Below are positions 37,670 to 50,106 of a DNA stretch of 64,000 nucleotides, piece after piece. The stretch lies in the NCBI RefSeq assembly GCF_058153355.1, contig NZ_CM177019.1; one strand, written 5' to 3'. The translations under genes were made by a program, and so were the position numbers. The notes beneath the pieces are model-generated. The model made no database searches. It was not told the origin of the DNA and saw only the letters and a list, made by a program, of their open reading frames with translations. Positions within the stretch are counted from its first letter, which is position 1, and each line of letters begins with the position of its first letter.

Positions 37670-38695
37670 CTACACCGCCTTATTAGGATCAAATGCGTCG
37701 CGGACGGCTTCACCAATAAAGATCAGCAAAGACAACAATATCGCCACCGACAAGAAGGCGGTGATCCCAAGCCACGGGGCCTGAAGGTTATTTTTCCCTT
37801 GTAACAGCAGTTCGCCGAGTGACGGTGAACCGAGCGGCAGACCGAAGCCGAGGAAATCGAGTGAGGTCAGGGTGGTGATCGAACTACATAAAATAAACGG
37901 TAAAAAGGTGAGGGTAGCGACCATGGCATTTGGCAACATATGACGCAGGATGATACTGCGATCGCTGACGCCAAGCGCCTGCGCCGCACGGATGTAGTCG
38001 AAATTACGGGTACGTAAAAACTCCGCCCGCACCACGCCGACCAGACTCATCCAGCCAAACAAGACGGTAATTGCCAACAGCCACCAGAAGTTAGGCTGTA
38101 CGACGCTGGAAAGTAAAATAATCAAAAACAGCGTCGGCATCCCCGACCATACTTCAATAAAACGTTGCCCCCAGAGATCGACTTTACCGCCGTAATAGCC
38201 TTGTAGCGCCCCCGCCAACACGCCCATCACGCTGGAGCAGAGGGTCAGCATCAGGCCAAACAGAACTGAGATCCGCGTGCCATAGAGAATGCGCGCCAGC
38301 ACATCGCCGCCATTGGCATCCGTTCCCAGCCAGTTTTGCCGGGAGGGTGGAGAAGGGAAGGGCTTATCGGTAGCAAAGTTGATACTGGTAGCACCAAAGC
38401 GAATCGGTGCCCACAGTACCCAGCCTTTATCTTCCAACCGCTGTTTCAGCCACGGGTCCTGATAATCAGCCTGGCTTGCCAGCGGGCCGCCAAAATCGCT
38501 TTCGCTGTAGTTTTTCAACAACGGGAAATACCAACTGCCGTCATAACGTACCAGCAACGGTTTATCGTTGGCGATAAGTTCAGAACACAAACTCAAACCA
38601 AATAAGACGAGGAAAATCCATAACGACCAGTAGCCGCGACGGTTATGACGAAAACGCGCCCAACGGGCCTGATTGACGGGGCTGAGTCGCGACAT
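37670..38695 (-). CDS. yejE: ABC transporter permease YejE
   Basis: 341-aa polytopic membrane ORF of the BPD-transporter permease type. Confidence 0.9.
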   Translation of the reverse strand: MSRLSPVNQARWARFRHNRRGYWSLWIFLVLFGLSLCSELIANDKPLLVRYDGSWYFPLLKNYSESDFGGPLASQADYQDPWLKQRLEDKGWVLWAPIRFGATSINFATDKPFPSPPSRQNWLGTDANGGDVLARILYGTRISVLFGLMLTLCSSVMGVLAGALQGYYGGKVDLWGQRFIEVWSGMPTLFLIILLSSVVQPNFWWLLAITVLFGWMSLVGVVRAEFLRTRNFDYIRAAQALGVSDRSIILRHMLPNAMVATLTFLPFILCSSITTLTSLDFLGFGLPLGSPSLGELLLQGKNNLQAPWLGITAFLSVAILLSLLIFIGEAVRDAFDPNKAV

Positions 38696-39789
38696 TAACG
38701 TCCCTCAAAATCTATACGCGGATCGACCAGCGTATAGCTGATATCACTGACAATATTCAGCAGCAGGCCAATCAGGGTGAAAATATACAAGGTACCAAAC
38801 ATTACAGGATAATCGCGCGAGACGGTCGCTTCGTAGCCCAGTAAGCCAAGACCATTGAGTGAAAACATCACCTCAATCAGCAGCGAGCCGGTAAAAAACA
38901 TGCTGATAAACGTCGCCGGAAAACCGGCAATCACCAGCAGCATGGCGTTGCGGAACACATGTTTCCAGAGAATATTTTTTTCACTTACCCCTTTCGCACG
39001 GGCGGTCACCACGTATTGCTTGCGCACTTCATCAAGGAATGAGTTTTTTGTCAGCATGGTCAGCGCCGCAAAGCCGCCAATCACCGTCGCCAGCACCGGC
39101 AGCGTGATATGCCACAGATAATCGGTGATTTTCTGATACCACGGCAGCGAATCAAAGTTAGCGGAAACCAGGCCGCGCAGAGGGAACAGGTCGAAATAGC
39201 TGCCGCCCGCGAAGAAGACAATCAGCAGGATGGCAAACAAAAAGGCAGGAATGGCGTAGCCGATGATGATAAATGCGCTACTCCAGACGTCAAAGCGGCT
39301 GCCGTTATAAACAGCTTTGCGAATACCCAGCGGAATCGACACCAGATAGATAATCAGCGTGCTCCACAATCCGAGGGTGATGGAAACAGGCAGACTGTCT
39401 TTAATCAGCGTCAGCACAGAAGCGCTGCGAAACAAGCTGTCGCCAAAATCAAAGCGAATGTAGTCCCAGAGCATTTTGAAGTAACGTTCGTGGATCGGCT
39501 TATCAAAACCGTAGCGATGAGTGATCTCGGCGATCACTTCTGGATCTAATCCGCGTCCGCCACGGTAATTACTGTCGCTGATATTGCCGACGCCCGTTTG
39601 TGCATGGCTGGCACGAACACCTTCACCGCCAGCGCCGGGTAATACTCCGGCATTACCAAACTCGATGGCGGCGATGGCCTGGTCGACCGGACCGCCAGGC
39701 GCAATTTGCACGATGAAAAAGTTGATAGTGATAATCGCCCATAACGTTGGGATCACCAGCAACAGACGGCGAATCAGATAAGCGCCCAT
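38695..39789 (-). CDS. yejB: ABC transporter permease YejB
   Basis: 364-aa polytopic membrane ORF; stop overlaps the yejE start. Confidence 0.9.
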
Positions 39790-41604
39790 CTACTCTCCCT
39801 GTTGTCTGGCTGACGGCAGTTTCGTCGCTTTATTAACGTCATACCACCAGGTATCGATACCCAGGCTGTAAACAGGGCGCACTGCGGGTTGAGAGAATTT
39901 ATCCCACCAGGCGAGACGGTCTTCCGCCATATACCACATTGGCAGCATGTAATAATTCCACGTTAATACGCGATCCAGTGCTCGCCCCAACGGCAGTAAT
40001 TTTTCTTTATTTCCCTGCGCGGCAATAATTTGGTTGATCAGCGAGTCGATAACCGGACTTTGCACGCCGGGGGCATTATAAGTGGAGTTGATATATTCCG
40101 ATGACCAGGAAATCTGTAAATCGGAACTGGGCCACGGCATCGCCCGCCATACGCGCGGCATCATGTCATAGTCGCGACTGCGCATGCGGTTGGTGATTTG
40201 CGAGTTATCCACCTTGCGAATGTCCATGTTGATACCCAGCCGTTGCAGGCTGTGCTGGAACGGTAATACCCACTGACTATTGCTGCTTGCGGGAAGCAAT
40301 AATTCAAAGCTGAGAGGCTGACCCGTTGTGGCATTAACGCGTTGCTGACCCTTCAGCACCCAGCCCGCTTCATTGAGAAGTTTGTCGGCTTTTAACAGGT
40401 TGTCACGATCGTAGCCATCGCCTTTCGATACCGGCGGCTGGTAGATTTGTGTGAAGACTTCTGGCGGAAGATCTTTTTTCATTGGTGCCAGAAGCACCAG
40501 CTCCGCGGCGTCGGGGTAATTTCTGGCTGCGTATTCGGTATTCTGAAAATAACTGTTCGTGCGACTCCAGGCATTGTAAAACAACGCCTTGTTCATCCAT
40601 TCAAAGTCAAAGGCGAGAGTGATCGCTTCCCGGACCCGGCGATCGCTGAATACCGGACGTTGGATATTAAACGCCAGCCAGCGCGTATCCTGGGCTGATT
40701 CGTTCTTTTGCTCATCTTTGATGATGTATTTCTTATCGAAATTTTTACCGGTATAGCGCGTGGCCCAGTTTTTGGCGTCGTTTTCCATACGCAAATCAAA
40801 GGCACCGGCTTTAAACGCTTCAAAGGCGACATTATCATCGAGGTAGTAATCGTAGCGAATGGTGTCGAAATTCCAGCGTCCACGGTTTACCGGTAAGTTT
40901 GCTGCCCAGTAATCTTTCACGCGGGAATAGACAATATTTTGCCCCATTTTCCAGGACGTAATGCGGTACGGACCACTGGCAAGCGGAGGCGTGGCGAGCG
41001 GATCGCTAAGTTTGTGATCCTTCCAGTACTTTTCTGGAAAGACCGGCAGCGAAAACAGGCTCAGCATATCTTCTTTGCCGGGTTTCGCTAACTCAATACG
41101 CACGGTTAATGGTGCAATGGCTTTGACGGTGGTGCCTTTGTAGACCAGACGAAATTGCGGTACGCCTTCGGTCATAAATTTTTGAAAAGTGAATTCGACA
41201 TCGCGGGCAGTAATGGGGGAACCATCATGAAAACGGGCGCGCGGATTAATTGCGACCTCCACCCAGGAATAATCGTCAGCATAGCGCGCACTTTCGGCAA
41301 TCAGCGGATAATAACTACCTGGCTCGTCATCGGAAGTAGTAAATAGCGTGTCGTACAACTGCTCGGTGCGTGCGCCTGGGTTGCCGCGCAGTGCATAACG
41401 GTTGAAATTATCGAAGGTGCCGAGGGCTGACAACGTTATCTGCCCCCCTTTTGGCGCGGCGGGGTTCACATAATCAAAATGGTTGAAATTAAACGCGTAC
41501 CGGGGTTCGCCCAGCACGGCAAAGGCATAGCTTTCCTTGATAGCCTGCGCCTGCGCACCAAAGGTGAACAGAGCGATAAACAGCAGTAGTATGCGCACAA
41601 TCAT
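39790..41604 (-). CDS. yejA: ABC transporter periplasmic substrate-binding protein YejA (family 5 SBP)
   Basis: ~604-aa ORF with signal peptide ([17 protein letters not shown]); start may be at 41610. Confidence 0.9.
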
Positions 41605-41685
41605 CTGCAACAGATTTCCTTTTACTCATCATTAGCCGCAAACCGGCATGCTTTCACTATGAATAATAAGGGACGTAAGCACGCC

Positions 41686-43242
41686 TTACCACTGCGGCGT
41701 ATACGGTTTCTTCAGCCAGCGGACAAAATCGTCCAGCGGTAATGGGCGACTGATCCAGTAGCCTTGCATGAAATTAACGCCGCGTTCGCTTAGCCATCGC
41801 GCCTGTTCCGGCGTTTCAACCCCTTCAGCAACCGTCAGCATATTGAGACGTTTCGCCAGCGTCAGCACCGCGTCAAGTACGGGTGAAGTGATCGTTTCCG
41901 TACCGATGGCGTTGATAAATCCACGATCAATTTTCAGATAATCGAGCGTAAAACGCTCAAGATAGATAAGCGCGCTGTGCCCGGTGCCAAAGTCATCAAT
42001 AGCAATTTCAACGCCGACTGAATGCAGCCAGGCGAAGAGTTGCGTGGCTTCTTGCTCTTTCAACATATCGCGCTCGGTAATTTCCAGCACAATCTGGAAA
42101 TGATGTGCGGGCAGGGAAGTGAGCAATTTTTGGATATCAGCTTTAAAGCTTTCGCTGTGCAGATGGTCCGGCGCAATGTTAATGCCAAATTTGACGCCTA
42201 CCGGCAGTACTTTTTCTAATTCTGCGGCATCACGGGCAATCAACTCAAACAGGTGCTGAGTCAGCGGCACAATCATCTTTTGCGATTCGGCAAAGTTGAT
42301 GAAGGCATCCGGGGGAATTTCTCCCGCTACAGGATGCCGCCAGCGTAGTAGTACTTCCAGGCCTGTTACCCGCAAAGCTTGTGTATCAACCACCGGTTGA
42401 TATACCACGTAAAATTGTTCGCGCTTGATGGCGGTCATGATTTCTCTGCCCGGTCGCATACGCACGCTCATCAGGTAATAGCAGAGAAGTCCAACCATTG
42501 TTCCACTCATGCCGCCCAGTAAAAATGCATACCACACATCGTTCCATGTCCAGTCATCCGCATAAAGCCGAACGGTCAGAGGAATGCCCGCAATTTTAGT
42601 TTCACGGACCGGCATGTCGGTTAATTCATTAACGTTCATCAAACGTGAAGAAAAGGTAGATAGCGCAGTATTGCCAATAATGAGGGCGACGCCATCGTAA
42701 TCTTCCTGCCGTGAACTATAAAAGAGAGAAGGCGTCAGGTTGAGATTCAGAGCGGCAAACACGCCGCTATTTTTCAGCAAAGGGTTGCGATACCAGATGA
42801 CGATTGCGGGTTTGTTCGGCACCATCGGCGTGCCGGGTAAGATCGCCATATCGACGTTTTTATTAATGTCGAGCGCCGGAATCAATTCATTGAGTGGAAT
42901 GTCCATCTCACCAGTCGCAGATGAACAGAATGTTTTTTTATCTTTTACCAGCACAAACGTACGGACATTCATGCTAAACGCCGCGCGGGCAGTCAGTTCG
43001 GGGTTAGCCTGCTGGCAGGTATCTAAGGTCAGCGGCTGGAGCCGGTCAGTAGTAGATTTCAGGTCGGCAAAATAGGTATCGAGATACTTTTGTACGTCGG
43101 TAATCAGTGTGTCGTATTTGACTTCGTGCTTATGCCAGGCCACTAAAAACTGAAGGCAGCTCACCAGTATCGCAATCATCACGCCTGCAACGATGCAGGT
43201 AAGCATAAGCTTACGTCCAGAAGAGGGAGCGCGTATGAACAT
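41686..43242 (-). CDS. rtn: Membrane-anchored EAL-domain protein (c-di-GMP phosphodiesterase-like) Rtn
   Basis: 518-aa ORF; N-terminal TM plus periplasmic region and C-terminal EAL domain (EVLLRW...EITE...). Confidence 0.85.
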   Translation of the reverse strand: MFIRAPSSGRKLMLTCIVAGVMIAILVSCLQFLVAWHKHEVKYDTLITDVQKYLDTYFADLKSTTDRLQPLTLDTCQQANPELTARAAFSMNVRTFVLVKDKKTFCSSATGEMDIPLNELIPALDINKNVDMAILPGTPMVPNKPAIVIWYRNPLLKNSGVFAALNLNLTPSLFYSSRQEDYDGVALIIGNTALSTFSSRLMNVNELTDMPVRETKIAGIPLTVRLYADDWTWNDVWYAFLLGGMSGTMVGLLCYYLMSVRMRPGREIMTAIKREQFYVVYQPVVDTQALRVTGLEVLLRWRHPVAGEIPPDAFINFAESQKMIVPLTQHLFELIARDAAELEKVLPVGVKFGINIAPDHLHSESFKADIQKLLTSLPAHHFQIVLEITERDMLKEQEATQLFAWLHSVGVEIAIDDFGTGHSALIYLERFTLDYLKIDRGFINAIGTETITSPVLDAVLTLAKRLNMLTVAEGVETPEQARWLSERGVNFMQGYWISRPLPLDDFVRWLKKPYTPQW

Positions 43243-43345
43243 GATTCCGTTAATTTCCTGAAATTACGACAACATTTAAAAGATAACAATGACCGGACTA
43301 TAGCCTGGATCAAGACGCGGAAACATCATTTTCTCTGATGAATGA

Positions 43346-43376
43346 AAACAAAAAAGCACTGCCTAAGCAGTGCTTT
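43346..43376 (-). terminator. Intrinsic terminator downstream of mepS
   Basis: Hairpin aaagcactgc-ctaa-gcagtgcttt; on the minus strand it is followed by a T-run. Confidence 0.55.
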
Positions 43377-43422
43377 CAGTTAACTCGTCAGGATAGCCAA
43401 GGGATTGCATCCAAACGGTTTA

Positions 43423-43989
43423 TTAGCTGCGGCTGAGAACCCGGCGTGCTTCGTTGTAACGCTTCTTCCAGTACGGTTCATTCATGCTGGAAATAATAAC
43501 ACCACTGCTGGTGGAAGCATGGACAAACTGATTGTTGCCGATATAAATACCGACATGGCGTCCCGTTGAACCGGCGCGGAACAGAACTAAGTCACCCGTA
43601 CGCAAATTACTGCGCGAAACAGACTTACCCATTTCCTGCTGTTCGTAAGTCGAACGCGGAAGTTCTAAGCCAAATTGCTCACGGAATGTACGCTGTACGA
43701 AACCAGAACAATCGATACCTTTTTTAGTGCTGCCGCCCAGACGATAGCGTACGCCTTTCCAGTCAGCATACTGATCCATAATTCGCGATTTTACGTCGAC
43801 ATTACGAACCAGGTTTTCAAATTCATCCTGAGAAGCTTGCAGTGATGATGTTTCACTACCCACTGCACGTGTCTCAGGATGCATATTCTTTGCGGTGTTA
43901 TTTGCACTACATGCAGAAAGCAGAACCGCTACTGCAATCGCGGGGATCCCGCGCAAGATATATCTCAAAATCGGTTGAGATTTGACCAT
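43423..43989 (-). CDS. mepS: Peptidoglycan DD-endopeptidase/LD-carboxypeptidase MepS (Spr), NlpC/P60 lipoprotein
   Basis: 188-aa ORF; lipobox LSAC; NlpC/P60 catalytic Cys context (GIDCSGFVQ). Confidence 0.9.
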
Positions 43990-44401
43990 GTTGTTTGTTT
44001 TCCCTTGAAGTCCTTAACGACAAATATCGTTATAAAAAAATGCCAAGCGACACGAGACTAATTACCTGGGCATGTTGAAACAATTCCTTAAGGCCAAATC
44101 TGTGGACTAACGCACAAAATTATATGCTGTGAGGATAATCTACCGCCGAGGCAAAACGAGTTCGAGATTACCCGATTGGTGCGGTCTTGGCGAGTGGTTT
44201 TACATGATTTTTTATAAGAAAAAGTGATACAGAAAGTTAATAAGCGGGATTGGTCAATTAAAGTACGATTGAGTGAAACGCATACAATCCATTCATTTAC
44301 TTAGGGAATGATTTTTGTGTTCGATGAAAGAAAGCAAAGGCGCACATCATCAGGAATATCCTTACTATAAAAATAAACCTGATGATGTTAATTACCGTGA
44401 G

Positions 44402-45115
44402 TTATTTGTTTTGGAAATGTTTGTTTTTTCCCGGTAGTGATTTGTCAAAAAAGGTGATTAATCGATCACTTAATGGCGTCAGCAACATCCAGGGCAAACC
44501 AATCAATATCACGGTCATCGAACCAACAATGATGTCAGTAAACCAGTGTGCACCAATCATTACTCTGGGAAATGCAAAAACCACAAAAATAATAAGGGCG
44601 ATAAGGCCTGCGACTTTGCCGAAATAACGCCACATGAATGCCGAAAAAATAAGCAGCATCATGCCGTGATCGCCGGGAAAGCTGTCTCGTGAGGCATCTT
44701 TCGTGGGGATAGGGAGCAGTTCGCTGACGCGGTAAATATTGGCAAAAGTTAATGTTGGGCTGGCCCGTTTTACAGGAATTAATGCCTGTCCCAGTTGGTT
44801 TAAGACCACTGCAGTTAATAGCATGACGAGGCCAATAATCACGATACGTCGTCGGCCTGGGGCGTTTTCTTTCAGCCAGAAACTCAGCATCAACATTCCC
44901 ATTGCCAGCAGTGAACAACCGTCGAAGGCACGATTATTGGTCAATGCAACCAGCCACAAAAAGGCCTTACTTTCGACCAGTTTCTGATTAAAGAAATAAA
45001 AAATATCCGCATCAATCGGCAACCAGAATCCATGATTAACGGGAATATACCAGGAAAGAAACAGCGCGAGGCCGACAATATTCAACAACACTATTTGCGG
45101 CAAATTTTTAATCAT
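44402..45115 (-). CDS. lpxT: Lipid A 1-diphosphate synthase LpxT (PAP2 family)
   Basis: 237-aa product from internal ATG (MIKNLPQIVLLN...); PAP2 phosphatase motifs; polytopic. Confidence 0.88.
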   Translation of the reverse strand: MIKNLPQIVLLNIVGLALFLSWYIPVNHGFWLPIDADIFYFFNQKLVESKAFLWLVALTNNRAFDGCSLLAMGMLMLSFWLKENAPGRRRIVIIGLVMLLTAVVLNQLGQALIPVKRASPTLTFANIYRVSELLPIPTKDASRDSFPGDHGMMLLIFSAFMWRYFGKVAGLIALIIFVVFAFPRVMIGAHWFTDIIVGSMTVILIGLPWMLLTPLSDRLITFFDKSLPGKNKHFQNK

Positions 45116-45153
45116 ATTTTCTCTAATTATCTTACTGAAAAACGCAGGCAACC

Positions 45154-46140
45154 TTACGCGGTAGTCGCTAAACGAAGCTTCAACAGCGCGCTCTGCAAAG
45201 CATTCCAGTCAGCTTCGCTGCTGGAAATCAGCTCAATACGACTGTCCGGTGGCGCAACGTTTTGCGTTTCAATGTGCAGGTCATCGCCCTGACGGTTGAT
45301 TCGCACCAGCCCTTCGGGAATACGCATCACGCCTTTGACGCGTTCCACCGGTGCAAGTCGCGCCCATTCCAGAATGCCAATGGTGTCGAATACCGTATCA
45401 GCGTCGAATATCCAGCCACAGGCCTGATGCCCTTGTCCACTGTTCAGACTGCGACGCCAGCGTTGATGCTCTGGCAGGCTTAACGCTGCTAATCCTTTTT
45501 TCACGCTATGCTGATGAGAATGCGCCGCGCTGGCGGGCAACTCGGCTAAATTGCGACGTGGCAAATCCAGAAGATGACCGTCAATTTTCCCATGCTCGCT
45601 GTGAATTAATTGCCGATCGCCACCATTTTGCTGCCACCAGCGCTGTAGCGCTTGCTCACTTTCGGGCGTCGCACGGTCGGATTTATTGGCGACAATAATG
45701 TCTGCGGCAGCCAGCTGGTCACGGAAGTTTTCATTGCTGGCGCTTTTTTCGTCCAGCAGCAGGCGTGGATCGAGAATGCACAACGTGGCGCGCAGATCTA
45801 TCCACGGTTCATACACGGGCGCGGTTAAGAGATCGAGGATCTGTTTCGGATGGCCCAGCCCGGTCGGCTCTATCAACAAGCGGTCTGGTTTTCCCTGACG
45901 CAGTAAGGTATTCAACCCTACCTGCATGGGTAAACCATTAACGCAGCACATACAGCCGCCGGGGATCTCTTTCAACAATGCGCCGCTATCGGCGAGCAAA
46001 GCACCATCAATTCCGACTTCCCCAAATTCATTAACCAGTACCGCCCATTTTTCGTTGGGATCTTTATGGGCTAACAGATGAAGAATCGACGTAGTTTTCC
46101 CGCTGCCGAGAAAACCGGTGATGAGGTTGGTCCTGGTCAC
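45154..46140 (-). CDS. yeiR: CobW/COG0523-family zinc-binding GTPase YeiR
   Basis: 328-aa ORF; P-loop GFLGSGKTT and CxCC motif (GGCMCCV). Confidence 0.88.
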   Translation of the reverse strand: MTRTNLITGFLGSGKTTSILHLLAHKDPNEKWAVLVNEFGEVGIDGALLADSGALLKEIPGGCMCCVNGLPMQVGLNTLLRQGKPDRLLIEPTGLGHPKQILDLLTAPVYEPWIDLRATLCILDPRLLLDEKSASNENFRDQLAAADIIVANKSDRATPESEQALQRWWQQNGGDRQLIHSEHGKIDGHLLDLPRRNLAELPASAAHSHQHSVKKGLAALSLPEHQRWRRSLNSGQGHQACGWIFDADTVFDTIGILEWARLAPVERVKGVMRIPEGLVRINRQGDDLHIETQNVAPPDSRIELISSSEADWNALQSALLKLRLATTA

Positions 46141-46257
46141 AACGGCTCCGCAATATTCTTAAAAGTTAACTGAGCGTTAATCCTGGCTAAAAAAGGCAGA
46201 AAAGAGAAGGGGAGAGCGGACGAAGGCGAGCTTCATCCGCTTTAACCGCAGAAATCG

Positions 46258-47724
46258 TTAAATTTTGAGGGTATTTAATAGCGCCTGATGCGCGCCGAAT
46301 TGTGCGATTTGTTGCCAGGCTTGTTCGATAGCCTGCACAAAATGCGGGTTATCTGGCAGATCATCACCGAAAACTTCACGCAGAGAAAGCAGGGCGGTTA
46401 CGCGTTGTTCACTGCTACTGCCCGCAACAAGTTCGCAAATTTTATCGCTAAGCGGATCGCGAACATCAATGGCATTTCCGGCATCATCAACGCCGCTGAC
46501 GTAACGCATCCAGCCTGCAACGCCTAATGCCAGCAACGACCAGTCCGTTTCGCGCGCCAGATGTATGCGAATACCTGCCAGCATACGTTGCGGTAATTTC
46601 TGGCTACCATCCATTGCGATTTGCCAGGTCTTATGTTTCAGCGCCGGGTTAGCAAAACGTGCAATTAACTTATCCGCATATTGTGTTAAATCGACATCTT
46701 TAATTCGCAGTGTCGGCGCTTGCTCATCCAGCATTAATGCTCTGGCGGCATGGCGAAATGCACGATCCTGCATGCAATCGCTGATGTGGGCGAATCCTGA
46801 GAGGTAACCCAGATAAGCGAGAAAAGAGTGGCTACCATTAAGCATACGCAGTTTCATCTCTTCCCATGGCAGAACATCATTCACCATTTGTACACCGGCG
46901 ACTTCCCAGGCTGGACGCCCTGCAACGAAGTTATCTTCCACTACCCACTGGATAAACGGCTCGCAGCTAATTGCACAGGGATCATTCACCCCCAGATGCT
47001 GGCTAATTTCTGCCAGCGACTCGTCGGTTGCTGCTGGAACAATGCGGTCGACCATGGTTCCCGGAAAACTGACGTGTTCTTTTATCCACCCGGCGAGTTC
47101 TGGTGAACGTTTTTCCGCCATCCCCTGCACCGCGTTTTTCACCACATGGCCATTGTCGGGAATATTGTCGCAGGAGAGTACGGTAAACGGTGCAAGGCCG
47201 CGTTCACGGCGTCGTTTCAGTGCTTCGACGAGAATACCCGGCACGGAGTGAGGTTCTTCAGGATTTTGAAGATCGTGAATAATCCGCGGATTGCTGGTGT
47301 CGAGTGCACCGGTGGCCGGGTCAATACAATAGCCTTTTTCGGTAATCGTCAGGGAAACAATTGCCACCTGTGGCTCGCAAAATTTCTCAATAATTGCCGC
47401 TAAGGAATCCAGTTTTGCATTCAGGCATTCGTGAACGGCACCGACAATTATCGCCTGATTGCCGTCCGCACCTTTCTCCAGCACGGTATATAAATGGTTC
47501 TGTGCGCGGAGCTGGCTCATCAGTTGATCGCCGCTGAACAAGCTGATCTCACAGATCCCCCAGTCGCCGCCCTGGGCATTCAGCACACGATCGGTCAGTA
47601 ACGCCTGATGTGCGCGGTGAAAGGCTCCGAAGCCAAAATGAACGATACGTGATTGCAACTGCTGGCGATCGTAGCGTGGAGCGTGTACCTGAGGCGGGAG
47701 CGTAGCGGAGGCGATTGTATTCAT
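46258..47724 (-). CDS. yeiQ: Mannitol-dehydrogenase-family oxidoreductase YeiQ
   Basis: ~488-aa ORF of the long-chain mannitol/fructuronate dehydrogenase family; start may be at 47733. Confidence 0.85.
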   Translation of the reverse strand: MNTIASATLPPQVHAPRYDRQQLQSRIVHFGFGAFHRAHQALLTDRVLNAQGGDWGICEISLFSGDQLMSQLRAQNHLYTVLEKGADGNQAIIVGAVHECLNAKLDSLAAIIEKFCEPQVAIVSLTITEKGYCIDPATGALDTSNPRIIHDLQNPEEPHSVPGILVEALKRRRERGLAPFTVLSCDNIPDNGHVVKNAVQGMAEKRSPELAGWIKEHVSFPGTMVDRIVPAATDESLAEISQHLGVNDPCAISCEPFIQWVVEDNFVAGRPAWEVAGVQMVNDVLPWEEMKLRMLNGSHSFLAYLGYLSGFAHISDCMQDRAFRHAARALMLDEQAPTLRIKDVDLTQYADKLIARFANPALKHKTWQIAMDGSQKLPQRMLAGIRIHLARETDWSLLALGVAGWMRYVSGVDDAGNAIDVRDPLSDKICELVAGSSSEQRVTALLSLREVFGDDLPDNPHFVQAIEQAWQQIAQFGAHQALLNTLKI

Positions 47725-47946
47725 AGGAGTCACGTCTTAGTAACGATTGATTAACAATGACAGTGTAAAGTTATATGACAGAAATTGAAATTGGTCTGGA
47801 TTGTTAATTCGATGAAGTGTGAGGGCGATCAATGAACTGGTGAATATTACGGGAGAACTATATTCAGGAAGCGAAAAATAGAAGATTGGTATAATAAATT
47901 AAAAAAGGGACAGCCTGAGCTATCCCTTTTCTGCATGCGGCTGAAG

Positions 47947-48519
47947 TTAGTCAGCACGACCCATATAACGGCGTTCTTCGATATGGATACGAATTTTTTC
48001 GCCCGGGCTTAAGTATTCTGGTACCTGAATCACCAGACCAGTGCTCAATGTCGCCGGTTTGTTACGGGCGCTGGCAGATGCCCCTTTGATGCCTGGTGCG
48101 GTTTCAACGATTTCCAGATCAACGGTCTGCGGCAGCTCAAGCGCCAGCAGTTGACCGTCCCAGGTCAGCACCTGCATGTCCGGCATGCCGCCCTCAGGCA
48201 TAAACAGCAACTCTTCTTCAATCTGATCTTTGGTGAAGGTATACGGGGTATAGTCTTCTTTATCCATAAAGACATATTCGTTGCCATCGACATAGGAGAA
48301 GTCAACGTAACGGCGGGTCAGCGTCACGGTGTCAACGATATCATCTCCTTTGAAACGCTCTTCTACTTTCAGCCCGGTACGGACATCAGAAAAACGCATT
48401 TTGTACAGCGTAGCGGCACCGCGGGCAGTGGGCGACTGAATATCAATGTCCTTAACCAGCAGCAGTTTGCCGTTGTAATTCAGTACCATACCTTTTTTAA
48501 TTTCGTTCGCTCTTGGCAT
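47947..48519 (-). CDS. yeiP: Elongation factor P-like protein YeiP
   Basis: 190-aa product from ATG at 48519 ([26 protein letters not shown]...), an EF-P fold; the longer 275-aa ORF is an in-frame upstream extension and is rejected. Confidence 0.9.
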
Positions 48520-48673
48520 CGAAAAATTCCTGTAGTCGAAAATGTCAAAAATATCGCGACAAAGTACTCGCGACGGGCCTTTCGGGCAAGTGGTATTCGC
48601 ACTTTTGCTGGTGCAAAAAAGGTGGTACTGTGCGCGCTCATCAATCCGGTGGTTAACCTTAAGAGAACAACGT

Positions 48674-48928
48674 ATGGAATGCCGTCCGGGTTGCGGGGCG
48701 TGTTGCACTGCCCCTTCAATTTCCAGCCCTATTCCCGGTATGCCAGATGGCAAGCCCGCCAATACGCCCTGCATTCAGCTTGATGAACAGCAACGCTGTA
48801 AAATTTTCACCTCGCCACTGCGGCCGAAAGTCTGTGCAGGCTTACAAGCCAGCGCTGAAATGTGCGGTAACTCGCGTCAGCAGGCAATGACCTGGCTTAT
48901 CGATCTGGAAATGCTGACCGCGCCTTAA
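48674..48928 (+). CDS. yeiW: Small Cys-rich protein YeiW
   Basis: 84-aa product ([19 protein letters not shown]...), Cys-rich; start chosen by length and synteny. Confidence 0.7.
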
Positions 48929-50106
48929 ACATCTTTAATCCGCAGTAAGCAAAACAGAGTGGCGACAATCATCACCATCGCAAACCAGAACACAGCGTGA
49001 TAATTCCAGATCTCGGCGACGATGCCCGCCACAGATCCTGCGATGATCCAGCCCACGCGCGACGTGTTGGTATAGAGCGTGGTGGCTGAACCTGCCTGAC
49101 CGGGCATCAAATCCTGAAAATAGAGCATCCCGATGCCGCCCAGAATGCCAATAAAAATAGCATTTAGCAGCTGCAAGCCCAACAGAATGGCAGGTGAATG
49201 CGCCATCAGCATTCCTGCGTAAAAACAGACGCCACCCACGGCAGCAACGCGCATTAAGAAACGCTTACCCAGACGTTTGGCAAAATATCCGGCAATCAAC
49301 ATGGTCGGGATTTCCAGCCCGGCGGCGGTCCCCATCATCACGCCTGCCAGTTTCTCGGGAAGATGCAGTTCGTTGATAATAAATAGTGGCATGTTGATGA
49401 TGTACAGGCTGTTCGAGCCCCACATCAATGTACAAATGACAAACAGCAGCAGCGTATCGCGACGGTTACGGCGCGGCGCTTCAACCGTGCCGGTCGCCAG
49501 CGGAAGCTCTTTTTGCATCGACGGTAAAAACAGCCACACCATCACGCCGCAAACAATAAACGCTACCGCTGCGCTCAGATACATTACCGTAAAGCTGAAA
49601 CCCATCGCTAAGGCATAAGCCAGCGGCGGGCCAATGACCCATGCCAGTGAAACCTGAGCGCGTAAAAAAGAGCTGAACATCACCGCCTCACGTCCGGTTT
49701 TGTCGGCATGTTCACGAGCAAGGGCAAACATTTGCGGGTTAGCGGTCGAGCCAAAGCTGCTAAGAAAGACGCCAACGAATAGCAAAACAAAGTAGTTGCG
49801 ATTCCAGGCAAAAAGGGTGCAGGCCAGCACGCCTAACAGGCAGCAAAAGACAATCAGCGATTTGCGATCGCCGCGCTTATCAGAGCGCCCGGCGAGAAAC
49901 TGACTGACCAGAATCCCAATGACAGCGCTGCCGGTAAAGAAGAATCCCACCATCGCCGGACGGGCATGTACTTCATCGGTAAGGAAAATACTGAGTGTCG
50001 GGGTTTGCAGAGCGCCCGCAATACCGGTGAGAAAGGCAACGATTAAAAACGCCGTCGAGGTCAGGTCAAACGATTTCGCGCTGGAGACTGCGGGGGAGTT
50101 ATGCAT
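48925..50106 (-). CDS. setB: Sugar efflux transporter SetB (MFS)
   Basis: 393-aa, 12-TM MFS ORF; synteny next to the fru operon. Confidence 0.9.

Noticed and set aside
47947-48774. Long 275-aa form of the yeiP ORF, and the 210-aa plus-strand ORF at 48151-48783
   Set aside because: The 190-aa product from the internal ATG at 48519 matches the EF-P-like protein length; the upstream extension is in-frame non-coding leader; the plus-strand ORF is antisense to yeiP.
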